DNA from: an archaeon
GTDB taxonomy: Archaea > Iainarchaeota > Iainarchaeia > Iainarchaeales > 1-14-0-10-31-34
Reading direction: 5' to 3'
Assembly (NCBI GenBank): GCA_043815885.1
Contig: JBDRIL010000040.1
Coordinates: forward strand, 1 to 16,211
DNA: 16,211 nucleotides
The notes beneath the pieces were generated by a model, which was not told the DNA's origin, ran no database searches, and was given only the letters and a program-made list of their open reading frames with translations. How positions within the stretch are numbered: position 1 is the first letter of the stretch; each line of letters begins with the position of its first letter. Made by a program: the position numbers and the translations under genes. Positions 16,020 through 16,211 of the stretch are shown here, piece by piece.

Positions 16020-16211
16020 TCCCCAAAGGAATGCAATTCCCTTTAAAAGAGAGAATAAAAGGATAGCAGAAAAGGAATAAAGCATTACTAATAAAATGTT
16101 GTTTGAATGGGGAATCTTTTTTCTTAAGGCAAAAACATTTACTGTTCCAAAAATGCTTGGAATCAACAACAGAATGAGAGACAAAAAATTAGCTGAAATT
16201 ATTAAAATAAT
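16005..16211 (-). CDS. 3' end of a membrane protein, 5'-partial and absent from the ORF track; possibly the C-terminal TM segment of a GT2
   Basis: The minus frame is open from the window edge: IILIISANFLSLILLLIPSIFGTVNVFALRKKIPHSNNILLVMLYSFSAILLFSLLKGIAFLWGLLSK, with the stop at 16007-16005. It has two hydrophobic segments with a basic loop and overlaps the convergent GT2 by 15 nt. Confidence 0.65.
   Translation of the reverse strand: MILIISANFLSLILLLIPSIFGTVNVFALRKKIPHSNNILLVMLYSFSAILLFSLLKGIAFLWGLLSK

Noticed and set aside
1..16211. CRISPR arrays, tRNA/rRNA genes, IS elements, stop-codon reassignment
   Set aside because: No spaced direct repeats, no intergenic room for RNA genes and no transposase motifs. 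TGA and TAA fall at expected protein ends, consistent with the standard code.

Overview
AT-rich, almost fully coding window that contains only cell-surface glycan assembly and tailoring genes. It encodes six GT4 (GT-B) glycosyltransferases, of which the first runs off the left edge and one is split by a +1 frameshift at an A9 tract. It also encodes three GT2 (GT-A) domains, five class I SAM-dependent methyltransferase domains and three radical SAM enzymes (two with twitch/SPASM-like C-termini, one cobalamin-binding). One methyltransferase domain is fused behind a GT2 through a Cys4 ribbon. A long + strand run (1-14192) is joined largely by ATGA stop/start overlaps. It is followed by a convergent minus-strand methyltransferase, a divergent GT2 and the 3' end of an unannotated minus-strand membrane protein. 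No sugar-nucleotide synthesis, flippase, RNA, CRISPR or mobile-element genes are visible. TATA-like boxes, GGTG-type ribosome-binding motifs and the lack of hairpin terminators suggest an archaeon, possibly a small-genome lineage (inference). The most notable signals are the density of radical SAM and methyltransferase tailoring enzymes among the GTs, the GT2-Cys4-MTase fusion and its free-standing paralog, the homopolymer frameshift in a Cys4-insert GT4, and mini-ORFs that bridge the gaps in front of two radical SAM genes through ATGA overlaps. All family calls come from reading motifs by eye; no database search was run.
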